Part shown: positions 1-12,400 of the stretch, piece by piece
How positions within the stretch are numbered: position 1 is the first letter of the stretch
Layout: every line of letters starts with the position of its first letter
NCBI GenBank assembly: GCA_009602725.1
Contig: WELB01000004.1
Span: forward strand, 1,097,457-1,161,456
Reading direction: 5' to 3'
Origin: Spirogloea muscicola
Lineage: Eukaryota
Length of the DNA: 64,000 nt
Position numbers and translations under genes: made by a program
The notes under the pieces: generated by a model
The model's input: the letters and a program-made list of their open reading frames with translations, nothing else
Database searches by the model: none
Told to the model about the DNA's origin: nothing

Positions 1-124
<124 letters not shown>

Positions 125-129
125 AGCCG

Positions 130-1947
130 GTGCCGGGCCCGCCGAGCCGCAGCTCGATGCCCAAGGACTCGCTGCTGCAGCGCGCGCAGGCCGAGCGGCT
201 CCTGGCGCAGCTCGCCGCCAGGGCCGCGCGGCCCGGCGCCAACCCCGCCGGCTTCCTGCCCATCCCGTCGGTGGCGTTCAGCTCCAGGTCGTCGTCTGGC
301 GTCGCCCCGGCCATCGCTCATGCGCCGCTGCCCACTGCGCTGTTCTACCAAGCTGGCGATGTCGGCCCGCCTGCCGGTAGTCCCGCCATCAAAGAGGAGC
401 CGCGCACAGTCGAGCCGGAAGATGGCCCTCGTGCTGCGACTCCAACGATGCGGCCCGTCACACCTCCCCCACCACCACGGCACGCTGCCGCATCGGATGG
501 CGCGCCCTCCATTCCGCCGCTGCCCAGCCTCGCACACTTCTCGCCGTCGCTGGTCAGCGGGCCCGATCTTGTCCCCGTTCCGACCGTCCCGAATCGCCAG
601 GAGACGCCACCGCCGCAGCAGCCTGCGCCATTGCGCGGATTGTTGCCGCCGTCCGGCTCAAGAGGTGCGGCGCCGAGCAGCGAGGGTGGCCGACCGCACT
701 CACCGGGGCTCCTGGCCTTCCTCCCGCCTCCGCCGCTGCTGCCCATGAGCCGGCTTGCGGGCAACTCCCGGGCCTCGGAGGCTGTGCCGCGCCCCGATGA
801 CTCCATGGCTGCGGACGGCGCCAGGGCCAGCCCCGAGAGCGGTCCTGCAGATCAGTCGCTGCTGGGTGCAGCGGCATGGCTGCGGCCTGCAACACTCACA
901 GAGGAGATCAGGTGACACTCACTCACTATCCCCACAGTCCAGCAGCCAACTTGACGCTAGTCAGATCTCATAGCTATTGATTGTCATCCTCATTTGAGGT
1001 GGTGCTTCACGATGATTGCAAGGTCAAAGTGGCAACAAAGTGCTGGCTCCTCCCATGGGTGATTGTTCTGCCGTCGGAGTCCAAGATCAGGTCGTCCCGT
1101 ATGGAGGGCTATCGAACGCTGCTGTCTGTTTGACGTAAATAGCGTTGTTTGACGTAGGGTCCAACTGGAGGCTGTGTTCTCCTCCAACCACAGTCCGTCA
1201 CGAGAGGTCCGCAAGGAGCTGGCTGTGAAGACAGGCCTGTCTGCAGACCAGATTGCGACGTGGTTTCAGAACCGGCGCATGCGTCTTAAGCGGTCCGAGG
1301 CCACTGACAGCGGCTGCTACGGGGGTGGGCCTGCTGTTCCCACCTTCGCTGCGCCGTCCCTCCCTGTGGCTAGCACTTTGCAGGGCTGGACAGTACTGGG
1401 CACACCGGCTACCTCCCCGATGCCGCTTGCTGCACCCACCATGACACAGGTGCAACTGGCAGCGGCGCTCGCTGCCAGCGAATATGAGAAGGGCAGCCAT
1501 CCTGGCACGTCTAGCATTCTGCACAATCTGCCACCTCTGCCCTCGTTTGGCAGGCCTCCCAGCTCCACCACGCCGCTGACACAAATGCAGCCTGCCACTG
1601 CTAAGTCCGAACCTGGGTTGAGCATCAGCCAGCCAGCAACTGCAGTGGACAATCTGGATGCTCTGATGGGATCATTGCCAACGACGCTAGGTGTGCCAGC
1701 TGCCATGGAGGGTCCCCTTGTGGCAGTGGTGGACAGGCAGCCAGCTGAGGAGGAGCCAACAGGGCCTGGCTCTGGAGCAGCACGTCCACTTATTGACTTA
1801 AACTCGGACAATCGCGGTGAGCAGGAGGAGTCGCCTCAGGCTCACCAAACACTGGATGGTGAAAGACACTCCAGCTTATTAGGAACAAGTTCTGCTATGG
1901 CGTCCTCCAGCAGTCGCTTGCTGCTGGCACCCTTGAGTATAACATGA
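130..1947 (+). CDS. Homeodomain transcription factor (spliced; 5' end uncertain)
   Basis: An exon ending at 1022 (HLRWCFTMIAR) splices GT-AG to 1158 and gives VQLEAVFSSNHSPSREVRKELAVKTGLSADQIATWFQNRRMRLKR, with the canonical helix-3 WFQNRR. Flanks are Pro/Ser-rich and the stop is at 1947. The join to the upstream 130-911 ORF is unresolved. Confidence 0.8.
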
Positions 1948-2688
1948 AGGCCAGTTGAAATTATTGGCTCTGTCGCGGAGCTTATGTTAGTTTGAGAGCA
2001 CAATCTCGTCACAGAAAATGTTGCTACAGAAGTACTCAGGCTTTTGTTGAGAAGTGGCCCCTTGTCAGTATTAAAAGAGTAATCTGGTTAGCAAAACGAA
2101 CCAGGCTCACATCTGCCCATGTTCAGCCAGGTCAGTCAACTGTGCCCTCAGTATGTTTACATTAAGTACATTCGCCTTCTGCTGAATCGTGACTGGGGCC
2201 ATACTTCTAGCTTGTTAAAATGCACAAGGACGCACTAAGCTGTACCTGTCAAAACCAGTTCACAGCCTTATCCACACTTGAGGAGATCTGAAGAGGTTTG
2301 GACAGGCAGAAACCCGCAAAGCCAATGCACGGGCCAAGATGCAAGCAGCGCAATGAAAATTTCTTTCCAACGAGCAGACTAACTGTCTGTCTGCTGATGC
2401 AAGACCCTCGCATCCACATCATCACCAAACACACCATTGACTGCTGTGGATCATGCACATGCTCAAAGCTGCACGCAAAGTTGCTCTAGATAGGATATAT
2501 TCATATATACAGGTAGTAATGCCCTCCTTTGCTCATGGCCGGTTGCCGCAAGGCGACTCAGCATCGGCCTAATCAATGTGCTCCAGGTGCTGGCCGCTGG
2601 CCAGCACCGAAAGAATGGAGTCAGCACTAGGCAAAAGTTTTGAGCCCGCAGGGCTCCTAAGCGGGCTGGTCAGCTCAACAAATGGCAC

Positions 2689-3600
2689 TCAGAATGTCTT
2701 AGACGACAGGGCAGGCACCCGGTTGGCAGACCGGGGCCATGCGCACCGCGGCCCCATGGGCACTGATGTCAGATCGGCCTCCATGCTGCCCGTTGGTGAG
2801 GGCGTGCTGCGTGCGCGTGGCCACGGGCAGCGGGAGGCATCCGGTGCTGTAGCGCTCTCGTCTGCTGAAAGCGAGTCACTCCGCGACGTCGCCACAGCTG
2901 GAGCTGCAATCGCTGCCGAGGCCTGCCTGGGCCACGAGCAACGGGCCACCGGGGCCTCGGCGCTGGCAAGAGGGGAGGTGAGGGCGGCCTGCGCGGGCTC
3001 CCTGGTCACAAGAGGCGTTGCGAAGGCGGAGCTGGCAGTGGCGCGCGGCCAGGCGCAGCGGGCAGCGAACTCCCCGGCAGGCACAGACTTCGAGGGAGTG
3101 GACACCCGCGGCCACGCCGAGCGCGGCCCGAGCGGGATGGGCTCCGTCTCTGCCGGAGCGGGCAGCGTGGTCGTCACCGACTCGCCGCCCTCCACCTCCT
3201 GCACCACGCCGCCGGGGAAGAGGTTCCAGCCGAGGCGGGGCGTCCAGTCGAGCCGCGGCCACTGCTGGACGGCGAGCTTCGCCAGGTCGTCGACGGCGCT
3301 CAGGGCCGACTCCACGGGGCTCCTCCGGAGCTCCTCCTTGGCGAGGAGGGGCAGGCAGTAGTTGCCGCTGCAGGCCTCGGCGGGCGGCCGCTCCTGGACG
3401 GACGAGGCCTCCCGCCGCTGCGCCGCGGGCCGGTGGACGGAGCGCGGGGCTGCGAACAGCGGCTTCACCCCGGAGGAGCGCAGGGGCGCGCTCGACAGCT
3501 GCCGCGGAGCAGCGTCAGCGTGCCCCTTCTCGGCACAACGGGCGCCGGCCGCGGCGGCAATCACGGAGGCCGCCCGCGCGGCGCCGCACGCGGCAGCCAT
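2689..3600 (-). CDS. Putative disordered protein (~303 aa) with a transit-peptide-like N-terminus and six WPR repeats
   Basis: ATG in GCC-ATG-G context at 3600 opens an ORF to 2689. The N-terminus is Ala/Arg/Ser-rich, followed by QQWPR, RSAWPR, RCAWPR, RCSWPR, RCPWPR and RCAWPR separated by Ala/Ser/Pro/Thr linkers. Confidence 0.55.
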   Translation of the reverse strand: MAAACGAARAASVIAAAAGARCAEKGHADAAPRQLSSAPLRSSGVKPLFAAPRSVHRPAAQRREASSVQERPPAEACSGNYCLPLLAKEELRRSPVESALSAVDDLAKLAVQQWPRLDWTPRLGWNLFPGGVVQEVEGGESVTTTLPAPAETEPIPLGPRSAWPRVSTPSKSVPAGEFAARCAWPRATASSAFATPLVTREPAQAALTSPLASAEAPVARCSWPRQASAAIAAPAVATSRSDSLSADESATAPDASRCPWPRARSTPSPTGSMEADLTSVPMGPRCAWPRSANRVPALSSKTF

Positions 3601-3718
3601 GGCTCGGCGAGCGCCCCGAAAGGCGGGAGATGTGGGCGGCGGCGGCGGGCTCGCAGCGCCTGTAGAAAAGCGAAGTCGGAGCGGGCTTGGCGGACGGCAA
3701 GGCGCTAAGGCTGGCGGT

Positions 3719-3749
<31 letters not shown>

Positions 3750-4439
3750 GCAGGGGGCTTCGCAGCGGAAGCGGAAGCGGCGGCGGCAGCGGCGGCGGCA
3801 GCCGNGGAGGGAGGAGGGAGGGGGGGGGGCTGGACCACCTGCGGCGCCGCCGTGGGGGGGGTAAGTCGGCGGTGTGGATGGCCTTCCTCTGCGGGTTAGA
3901 GCCACCCGCAGTGCGGGCGACACCCCGTGGGACGCCCCGGCCAACCACAGTGGCAAACGGCCGCGTTAGGCGAGAGCGCGCTTTTATCAACCCCCCCCGA
4001 CGCGCGACCCCGCAGAGGACGGCCTGCGGGGCGAGGATCATTGCCGGGCGCGCCCTGCATGACCGCGGCGCCGGGGGCCAAACGCCGGGCAGCTCCTCCT
4101 CACCCACGGCTGCTTACCTACACTCTAGAGCTTCTCTCCCGTGGACACAGGCCGCCTGTAGCTCCACTACCCTGCAAGCGGCTTGGCCCCCGGTGCGACC
4201 CGAGGGGGACCACCAAGGTACGTGGCGGCCTCTCCGCGTCCGCCGGGCCCCTGAGCCTTATCCGCGGGCGTGGGATCCACGTCAGGGATCCGCGCCGCGG
4301 CGGGCGGGGGGGGGCGGGGCCAGTTGGCGCCGCGCGGCCCAATGGCCGACCGCACCGCCCCGTCAGCGCCGCGTCCGCTGCCGCTTCGCCGGTGCCGCCC
4401 ACCACCCCGCCTTTCCAGTGGCGTCGGGGCCGCCCCGAG

Positions 4440-7230
4440 GCCATCCGCAGTGGTCCTTGCTTGGGAGAGCCACTTTGTTGCTCCTCTTTTGGCCTCTCTC
4501 AGCCATCGCCTCTTCCAATAAATCTGGCACGGCTTCCGACTCCGTTTCAAATTTTGTTCACCAGGTTCATGCGCCGGCCTTTGACAGCACCTCGCCACTT
4601 TGGGAGACCCTTTTCATATACGGTACCTGGCCTTGGGGCTGGCCTTTCACGGCCATCGCCTTCTCTTGGGAGACTACTTTCATCTTATTCATTCTCCTTC
4701 GTTCTCCTCCTACCTTAGGACAGGGCACCGTGTAATGTAGCCTTGTTTCGTTTGCCTGAACAATATATTGGCTTGAATTGGCCTCCATTACACTTATGCG
4801 CTCCGTGCACCTTCTCTCTCCGAATGGCCATTCACAGCCATCGCCCCCCCAAATCAGAAGCTATTCCTTGCTGAGCCCGACGAAGGCCCACGCCGGGGAG
4901 GTCACCACGTGGCAGGCGCTCGTCCGGGGGCGCGGGAGCCGCGTCGCGGCCATTGGTTGCAACGACACGTGTCCCCTAGACAACGGGAGCCCGATCCTTT
5001 GCCGAGGTAGGGGCGTGCCGCGATTCCCGGGCCGGACGGCGGACGCCCGCCCCCCCGCCCGGGCTCGCCCATCCGCCGGCTCCTGGCCGGTAGCCCCACC
5101 AGAGAGATAGACTCTTTCCAGTAAAGGGCGATAAGGTGGGCAAGCGCGGCCACATTCGTTGGTGGCTGGGAGAGGCCAGCCCAGAGGAATGCACAAGGTC
5201 CGACCGAAGGAGCCGGAGTGCCAAGGACCAAGACATCAGCAAGGGGACGCTCAGTAACCTCTAGAAGATGCAAGAAGTCAGAAGATGCAAGTCGGAATAG
5301 CTCGCAGGCGGAAAGACGTCGCCCTGACGGACGCCGGAGGCCGCCGCCAAAGAAAGTGCTCGCCCATTGAGGACAGGGACTGGGCAAGCCAGCCCCAAAA
5401 AGATTGAACAGAGTACGAGAAGGGGGCCAAAGCGCGGCCTGCGCGCAAGTGAACCGCGAAGGCAAGGGACAAGGGACACGGGCGATTGCTGTGGTTGGCC
5501 AACCCAGATATAAGATGACTCATGCCCACTAGCTGTGGCCCACAGCTATTACGTCACAGCACGTTGCTTTACACTGGAAGAGCTGTTTACTGTGGCCCAG
5601 AACGCTATCTGCCCTTTGGACCTTGTCCATTCCTTCTGGGCCCCCCCCTCTTCTCAATGGGCGAGCACCTTCTTCTGGGCTGGCCTTCACTAAGCGACCA
5701 GCTTCGCAATACTTGCTTAATCTGTAAGTTGCAGCTTTTCGGCCCCTTGGGACCTTGTCCATTCTTTTCTTTTACATCCCTAACCGCCTTCGAAATTGCT
5801 TAATCATATCGCAGCCTTCCGCCCCTGCCGGCCATCTGATCGTCGGCAGGGTCAACAAGGAAAATTCGGTGTATTAGAAACAAATGTAGGCCAAATGGCC
5901 AAGTACAAAGGCAAGCACATCTAAAGATCTACATAACCTACAGCAGATTGACCCGCTCAATAACCACGGGTCAATACATGAAGGTCAGTAATTGATGCAT
6001 GAATACTAGATGCCAGAAACGGAGCCCTTCTGCCACCAACTAGAGCTCGCCCTGCTTTCTGGTGCAAGGCACTAGCCTGAGCACGCTGCAAATAGGCCGA
6101 ATCTCGTCGTCGCAAGAGCGACAGATATGCAGCTGGCAAGCCCATCTCAGCCGGAAACACATCTGCACGTCGAGTGTAGCCTAGATTGGCAAGGAGAGTG
6201 TGGAACCGAGGACCCAGACAGCCAAAGATGTCGATTGCCGCTGGCAGGAGCTGATCGCATTGGGGGTAATCGGAGTAGTGCCGCAGTTTTCTTTGTTCTG
6301 CACCGGCCACTGCTTGCCCAGCGATGTGTGTCGATGCTGGGCAACAATGGGGTGCTGCCCGGCTTCAATGCTGCCGGGTTGCTTGCTTAGGTACTCCGCA
6401 TGCGGCTGTCTGTCTCCGTCACCAACCTTTTCCTTAGCGCTTCCCCTGGAGCGCTTTCTCCGTGCTATCGGCCCCTCCGCAACTTCGTCAGTTCTTTTTG
6501 GGCTGGCTTTTCGCAGCCCTTGCCCCCATTGGGAGTGCTACTTCTTCTGGCAGCTACGAAGGGGCCGGCCGGGCTGACTTTTCTCCGACTCCTTCAGACC
6601 TTGTCCATTCCTTTGGGCTGGCCTCTCATAGCCACCAGTCAATCTGACCGCGCTCTCTTTCTCTCATGGCGAGGCGCAGTGCAAGTGTGTATAGTGGAGG
6701 ACAGACTCGGCACACCTGGCGGCGCTCATACTCCACAATGCTGTAGCCTTTCCAGCCATGTCCACTTTTGGACGAGCTTGACAGGAAGCAGTAGCTGGAA
6801 GGGCAGCACCCGGCCAAGGAGGTGGCGAGAAAGTCCACGGTGTGCATGAAATGAAAGGGAGCCCAAATTAAGCCAACACACTGTTTCGGCCAAAAACAAT
6901 CCCCCTGACGAAGGCAGAGGCTGCAGCGAGAGCACGGCCAGCACGCAGGTGCAAGGCGTGGGCCATGGACAGCTGAAGGGCGATAGACAGGTGCATGGGA
7001 TAGACCTGGGCCAACGAGCCGACGAGCTAGAAGTTGACTAAGCGGAACCTGGGTGAAGGGACTTGAGCACCTCATAATAATTCGACGAACTCACTAGCCG
7101 CCAGTCACAGTTACCAGTCAATTTGGAAGCGTTGTTCTCTAACAAGATCTTAGATCTTTAGATGTGCTTGCCTTTATACTTGGCCATTTGGCCTACATTT
7201 CTTTCTAATACACGGAATTTCTCTAACTAG
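4440..7230. mobile_element. Cluster of 3'-end fragments of RLE-type non-LTR retrotransposons
   Basis: Multiple GGGCTGGCYTYT..CAGCC and TTGGCCATTTGGCC UTR motifs, plus ORF tails of the SDLHLL..RGY* type (stops near 5251 and 5957), occur in both orientations. Confidence 0.7.
5865..6340 (-). mobile_element. 5'-truncated CRE-like LINE: RLE endonuclease C-terminus plus 3'UTR
   Basis: AEQRKLRHY...LLPAAIDIFGCLGPRFHTLL...LQRAQASAL...DLHVLTRGY* matches the ExxKxxxY / PxAxxxxGxxG / LQR pattern of RLE domains. A near-identical copy lies at 13318-13618 (+) and a decayed one at about 9490-9800 (-). Confidence 0.75.
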
Positions 7231-7524
7231 GAGAGCCGGAGCACCGGCAGAAAAGCCAGTGGCCTGCCTTGGGAAACAAATGAGAAGGCTGCGTGCCCAG
7301 CTCGGGGAGGAGAAGCACGCGGCTGCTGGATTGTGGAAGGGGCGGCCGTGAAAGCCAGCCGAGTGCACTCAGGACATATGAAGTGGGGAAACGCGAGATC
7401 GTGAAAACGTGGGTCGCTTCGTGCAGGCAGCCGGGGTGTCCTAAACCCTAACCCTAAACCCACAGTCCCGAGCGCAGAAGGCGAGGCGAGGACGCGGCCG
7501 CGCACGGCGCCGCACCCGGCGGCA

Positions 7525-9056
7525 ATGGCGTCGGCGGCGACGACGAGGCCCGTGGACTTGGCCGCGGGCGCCGCCAGCCTGCTGGCGCTAGCCTGGGCCG
7601 GCCACCGGATGATGCTGCGTAGGTGCCCGGCCCCACCTCCCCCCCTTGTCATCGCGCCGCCGGCCCAGCCGGCGCTCTCGCGCCGTTAGACTGCCCGATG
7701 GCCTTGGCGAGTCTAGGCTTCATGGCCTTTGCTGCGCGTCCAGCGTGCGACGATCTGCCCGAGGCTCAGTGCTCAGGCTTCAGGGTTTGTGGGTTTAGGT
7801 TTTGCTCGCTGCTGTGCCCGTTTGAGTGTGGGTGGTGGGAAGGCACGTCGCTAGACATACTTCAGGATTACGCCTAGCAGGGTGCCGGGACGTGGTCGTG
7901 AGCCTGGAGGACCCTGCCGTCATTGAATAAACTGTTGAGGAGGGCCTTCTAAGCGGCAGTCAATGTGTGTGCCTTCCACGTGCTCACGGTCGTCTTACTT
8001 GATGGCTTTGCAGATCAAGACGAGCTGAAGCTTACCGACGAGCAGTACTTGGGGCCCCCACCTCAGGTGCGGCCTTAACCCTTGTCGAAATACTTCCTCA
8101 CAGCTGACCTTAGACTGAGACTGTGCGTGTCAGAGGCACTTGTGGTGTTGTATGCCAGCAGTCTAGGCTGCGCAAGACTGCCAAATAATATGTGATATGT
8201 ATATAGCAGGCAACGAGTCCTCATCACGACAATATATCAGCCGTCAATGGCACATGTACGGTCCTGTGATTACTAGTAGCATCACATCAAAGCTGCTCAG
8301 CGCTGCCCATCATTGCCGAAGTTGTGCTCTGTCTCAGTTGACTTACTTTCCAAACAGCAGTCTCCTTGTTCTCTTGTAAGTTGGTAATTTCAGGCACCAT
8401 TCAAGACAGCGTCAATGCAGGTCAAGCGAAGGGGCTTTTGAGGTCAGAGTACGGACTCCTCTGCACCTAAACATGCCGGTCTCATGATCAGCTCTCGTCC
8501 TCCTCTTGCAGGTGCTTGTGGGGGTAGTGGTAGGCATGCTCCTTGCTGTCTGGGCTGCACTGAGAATACCTGGGAAGTTGTTACCCATCCGGCTAGATGC
8601 TGAATTCAACAGGTATATGACCCACCAGGACTCTTGCCTACCTGTCGGTTGAGGTCAAACTACTACCATAAATACTGCAGTAGGAACCCGTCACTGCGTC
8701 GGAACCTACATCATTAACTGCTTGTGCAATTTAACCGTGTGCGGCTCCTTTAGCAACTTTGACATTTGGATGCTCTAAGCGCTCGTTAAATATTGCACCC
8801 TTTGATTGCATCGCTGACTCTGACTCTGTTCACATGGTTTCAGCAACCCACTCTCAGCATGACAGTCTTCTTTCTCAAGTCCTATCCTATGCACCTGCCA
8901 ATCGTCAAGACTGGAGCATTGCAAGCCTGTAACAACTCCTATCTGTCGAGTGGCAGGTTGGTGGAACTTCCTGTACTGACAGAGTTCATGCATTTCAATC
9001 ACAGAGGCCAAGTCTTACCAAGCAAACTCAAGCTGGGCTCTAAAAGCAGGGGCTGA
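7525..9056 (+). CDS. EMC5: ER membrane protein complex subunit 5 / MMgT family
   Basis: Exons 7525-7618, 8014-8066, 8512-8612 and 8957-9056 (GT-AG) give a small two-TM protein ending with the conserved FMHFNHRG motif. Confidence 0.8.
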
Positions 9057-9489
9057 CCGTGTACAGTTTCTCTCCCCCACAACAATAGTTCTATCATGTG
9101 TCATTTTAGGAATAGCGCCCTGTTTGTTGATATGGCCAAGCTTGTCTAACACGACATCTGCATAGACTTTCTCCACAAGGGGAATGTGCTCTCAACTGAT
9201 AGCTCTTGTTCCATCCATCAGGAGCTTATTTTATAAGCTGATACTTGTATGCACAACAAGCACATGCTTACAGCGTGCAATTTATATGGCTTGCCTTGGC
9301 ATGTCATGTTATGGTTATTGAGAGACAATATCAAGCTTCATCTGGCATGTTAAGGTCTTGGTAGCACTCCGTGAGCCTCTTCTCAAGTTGCTAGGTGTGT
9401 TTAAGACAAGTCAGTCCTCAGTCGCAACTCGTAGTTTACTTGGCGCATAGCACAGGTACCAAGCACGACATAGCAGGAATACAGCCAAA

Positions 9490-12400
9490 GTCAATGGGCT
9501 TTTGATCTGGCCTTCTTGCTTACAAAGTTCCACCAGCTAAAGCTTGACCAAAGTCTGGTGCAAGGAATGAGCCTGAGCTCGCTGCGAACAGGCTGACACA
9601 CAACGTCGAAGAACGACTATTAGGCAGCGGGCATGCCCATCTCGGCTGGAAGCACATCCTCACTTCGTGCATATCCTAGCACTTGCGGTATTCTCAAATA
9701 GGGTATGAAAACGCGAATCCATGCAGCCAAAGGTGTCAACTGCAGCTGGTAGGAGGTGATTGATATGGGGGTAGTCAAGTAGTGCTGCGAGAGGAAGCTC
9801 AGTGACCTCTAGTCAGCAAGTGCAGATCAGAATAAGGGTGGCGCTCTTGGCGACGGGGGCATCTGTGGGCCGGCCCAGCATGACACAGGGCTACCCTTAC
9901 AATGGAAGAGCTGGTTTGTTTCTCGGGCAGCTTAACCGCCCACCTTGCGGCTGCTGACTGGCCGTTACTGACAGCCATCCTTAGTGGCATACGCTAGTGA
10001 ACTCCTTTGGACCTGATACACTCTTACGGCGCTGGCCTCTCACAGCCATTGCCTTACTTGGAAAGGGCTAGTTCCTTTGAACAGTCTCTGAGCAGTCTTT
10101 TATGGGCTGGCTTTTAACAGCCCTTGACGGCACCATCAGAGCTACTTCTTGTTCTCACATAGTCTGGGCCAGCCTCCGCCGCCGAAGCCACCTCACAACC
10201 ACCCATGGCAGTAGGAATGGGAGGTGCGCATGCAGCTAAATGGAGGCCAAGCCAGGACACTCTTCATGCCGAGGGCAAGACAGTGGAGTGTCTGGAGTGG
10301 TGGAGGGCAGGCTGCAAATGTGAGTTGAAGCTGCTGGCAACGGCGGCGGGTGGGCGGGCAAAGTCCCCTAGACCCAAACCCTGAAACCCTAAACTCTGAA
10401 CCCCTGGCGGGAAACGTGCGCTAGGTCAGGACGGATTGTGAAGGGTGGGGGCTGCCCCGAAGCACCTGACGTCGTCCGGTAGCAGACATCGCGAGCAGGG
10501 ACCGGGGCCCGGGATGGTCGGGTGGATCAAGAGTCCGAGGCCGTATTGTGCCACCTGGCGGTGCGGCAGTGTGAAAGGGCCAATCAAGCCCAAGAAAAGG
10601 GAAGACTGAATGTGGTTCTTTCAAAGAAGAAGGTGCTCGCCCATTGAGAAGAGGGGCTGGCAAAGCCAACCCAAAAAGAATGGACAATGTTCAAAGCCAA
10701 AGAAAGAGGTGCTGAAAAAGGACTACATTACAAAGTGCAAGATGGTGCAGAGGGAGATGCAGATGGCTGCTCAGTATCCACGTGTGAGCAACAGCAGAAG
10801 AGGGCAAGGGTTGTGACAAGCCAGCCCGCTTGATCGGAACGATCGGGACGGGCAGCGGAGCAGGGCGCCCAGCCGCCTGCAGTCCGACTCTCTTCACTTA
10901 AGGTGACGGAGAAAACAGCTATTTTGAAAATACTGCGACGGCTACAAGAGAAGAAGTCTTCTCGTAAAGGGCGATGGCTATGGGCAGCCCAGAAGAACCA
11001 ACGAAGTTCGAAGGGGTCAGACAAGCGCTAAAGCACACAGCGACTCAAGTGGCCAGCGCAAGAGGAAGGGGCTCTTCCAAAGGGATAAGCGAGGGCTGTG
11101 AAAAGCCAGCCCAGATCATTGGACAGGGTTCAGAGGGCAACACACGCTAAAATTACACATCTCTGCATGTAGCTACAGCGAATGAATGCCTAATGATCAC
11201 GAGTCAGCAGCCGCAAGCCGGGGTGACTTGCAGCTGGAAAAGAGCCAACCCGACGAAACTAAAAGCGGCAGTTAAAGCGTGTGGCCTGCCAGCGAGTGCA
11301 CTGCATGAGCCAAGATAACCAGACGAAGCAGCTTTTCGAAATAGGGGCGAGGGTTGTGAGAGATAAGCCTACAAAGAAGTGGTAGCCACTTGCGTAGCTG
11401 TGGTATGTAGCGCTCCTACCATTTCCGCAACTTGACAACTGGGCAAATTTGCAAGTGCTGCAGCTAGGTCCTCTGCCTGTCGGACAGTACTTTTGCAGTA
11501 GGTGTGGGATTTGCATAGCCCCTTCTGTAGAGACTGGAGCTATATGAACCCCAAGAGAAGCTGAGTTGTTTGAAGCTTGGGGTATCCGCCGTCCTCGTAA
11601 ATTGTATCTTTGCTTTTCAGGAGCAGCACTCGTTATCCGTTAGATCCTTATGTCACTAGAAGAGCAAGTAAGTTCCACTTCACACCATTCAATGCCAGTG
11701 ACACTGTTATGCGTTGGGCATGTAAGTCGGAGATGCATGACCGCCTTCAGATGATTGCAAGGGGCTAGTGGCTCACTCGTAAAGACAGTCAGGTCTGGGA
11801 CCGCTCAGAGGAAACAGCTCACTGAAGTAAGGCAATGGCTGTGAGAGGCCAGCCCAAATGGAGTCCAACATGGCCGGAACCGCAAAAACGAGCAAAAACG
11901 ACTTCTGCAAGTGTTTGCTGAACAACCTTGAGTCAACGTATGCAGATTGGAGAAGGTAGAAGGTGGGACCTGGTGGCTTGCCGGGGCGCGGGTGAGGACC
12001 GCAGCGGGCGGCGGGACGGGGTGGGCTCTGCGCTGCCGGCGCAGGAGGCGAGGGGGCGCGCCCGCAATGCGCATGAGCGGCAGCTGCAGGGCGGCGCCGG
12101 CGAAGGAGTTGGAGAGTGCGGCGGGGGCGGCCATGGCGGCGGCAGGGCCTCGACGGCCGGAGGCGTGAGGAGGCGGGAGGGAGGCCGGGAGGGAGGTGGC
12201 GGCGGGCCGCCGGAGAGCCCGTGGGGCGGGAGAGCGGCAGAGGGGCGGACGGGCTGGCCAGGCGGAGGCCGTGGCTTCGTACTCGCCGGCGGGCTGCTGC
12301 AAGTGCTCGCCCATAGAGAAGAGAGGCTGGCAAAGCCAGCCCAAAAAGAATGGACAATGTCCAAAGCCAAAGAAAGAGGTGAAGAAAAAAACACACTACC

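Noticed and set aside
2576..4735. Long plus-strand ORFs (261-457 aa)
   Set aside because: These are GC-rich shadow frames, one crossing an N, with no recognisable motifs.
11480..11680. Exon-like segments with AG/GT borders
   Set aside because: They contain stops and give no recognisable product.
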